Of a stretch of 64,000 nt of DNA, positions 63,727 to 64,000 are shown in pieces. Source of the DNA: an uncultured Rickettsiales bacterium (GTDB lineage: Bacteria; Pseudomonadota; Alphaproteobacteria; Rs-D84); contig URSG01000001.1 of assembly GCA_900550565.1 (NCBI GenBank), positions 14,456-78,455 on the forward strand, read 5' to 3'. The stretch's first letter is position 1. Every line of letters begins with the position of its first letter. Below the pieces are notes generated by a model, which saw only the letters and a program-made list of their open reading frames with translations, made no database searches and was not told the DNA's origin. A program made the position numbers and the translations under genes.

Positions 63727-63912
63727 ATGCAGGCAGCAAACACTCAGAGAACACCATGTGAAATCTTTTCGCGTTCTATGGGCTTTATCAGACCAGTTTC
63801 TAACTTTAACATTGGCAAGTATTCTGAATTCTGCGAGAGAAAAACTTTTACCGAGGCAAACAGTCTGACCACTGGTGCGCGTCACTGTGATTTGTTAAAA
63901 AAGGCGGCATAA
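63727..63912 (+). CDS. 61-aa protein carrying the NrdD-type glycyl-radical motif
   Basis: EIFSRSMGFIRPVSNFNIGKYSEFCERKTF parallels the NrdD C-terminal RxxGY....WNxGKxxExxxR segment. Own AAGGGAGG SD. Confidence 0.65.
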   Translation: MQAANTQRTPCEIFSRSMGFIRPVSNFNIGKYSEFCERKTFTEANSLTTGARHCDLLKKAA

Positions 63913-63916
63913 TAAA

Positions 63917-64000
63917 ATGCAAGAAATTCAGATTGGTGGGTTGGTTTCGTTCACAACAATAGACTATCCGGGCAAATTGGCCGCTGTGCTGTTTTTGCGC
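63917..64000 (+). CDS. nrdG: Anaerobic RNR activating protein (radical SAM), 5-prime part only
   Basis: Own translation: MQEIQIGGLVSFTTIDYPGKLAAVLFLR..., the typical NrdG N-terminus. Runs off the window. Confidence 0.7.
   Translation, partial: MQEIQIGGLVSFTTIDYPGKLAAVLFLR

Overview
This 64-kb window looks like an alphaproteobacterial chromosome segment. That is an inference from gene content and order: frr-uppS-cdsA-rseP-bamA, lpxI, zapA with an upstream coiled-coil gene, an RNase E/G with an acidic insert, and scattered virB genes. It may be host-associated, Rickettsiales- or Holosporales-like. Most of the window is housekeeping: ackA, rne, recG, priA, miaA, gap, parC, map, holA, lptE, radC, birA, rpmG, fadD-like and nrdD/nrdG. 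There are five tRNA genes: His, Ala, Asp, Glu and Leu. The accessory content is as follows. (1) A 12.3-kb podovirus-like late-gene cluster on the minus strand (17463-29741). Its large terminase is split into separate ATPase and nuclease ORFs by a plus-strand dnaB / tandem-HTH regulator / unknown-gene module, and it also carries a histone-H1-like Lys/Ala/Pro repeat gene. (2) A VirB7-like / VirB8 / VirB8-like / secreted-protein operon, plus a distant orphan virB11. (3) tRNA-linked repeats: a triplicated tRNA-Glu 3-prime end with its terminator, a partial tRNA-Leu duplicate, and an inverted pair of a ~125-155-nt GC-rich structured element. (4) A promoter-to-terminator unit that looks like a CU-rich (anti-Shine-Dalgarno) sRNA. 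(5) A class III ribonucleotide reductase whose glycyl-radical segment is a separate 61-aa ORF, preceded by NrdR-box-like sites. All family calls come from reading motifs by eye. No database search, folding or GC computation was possible.
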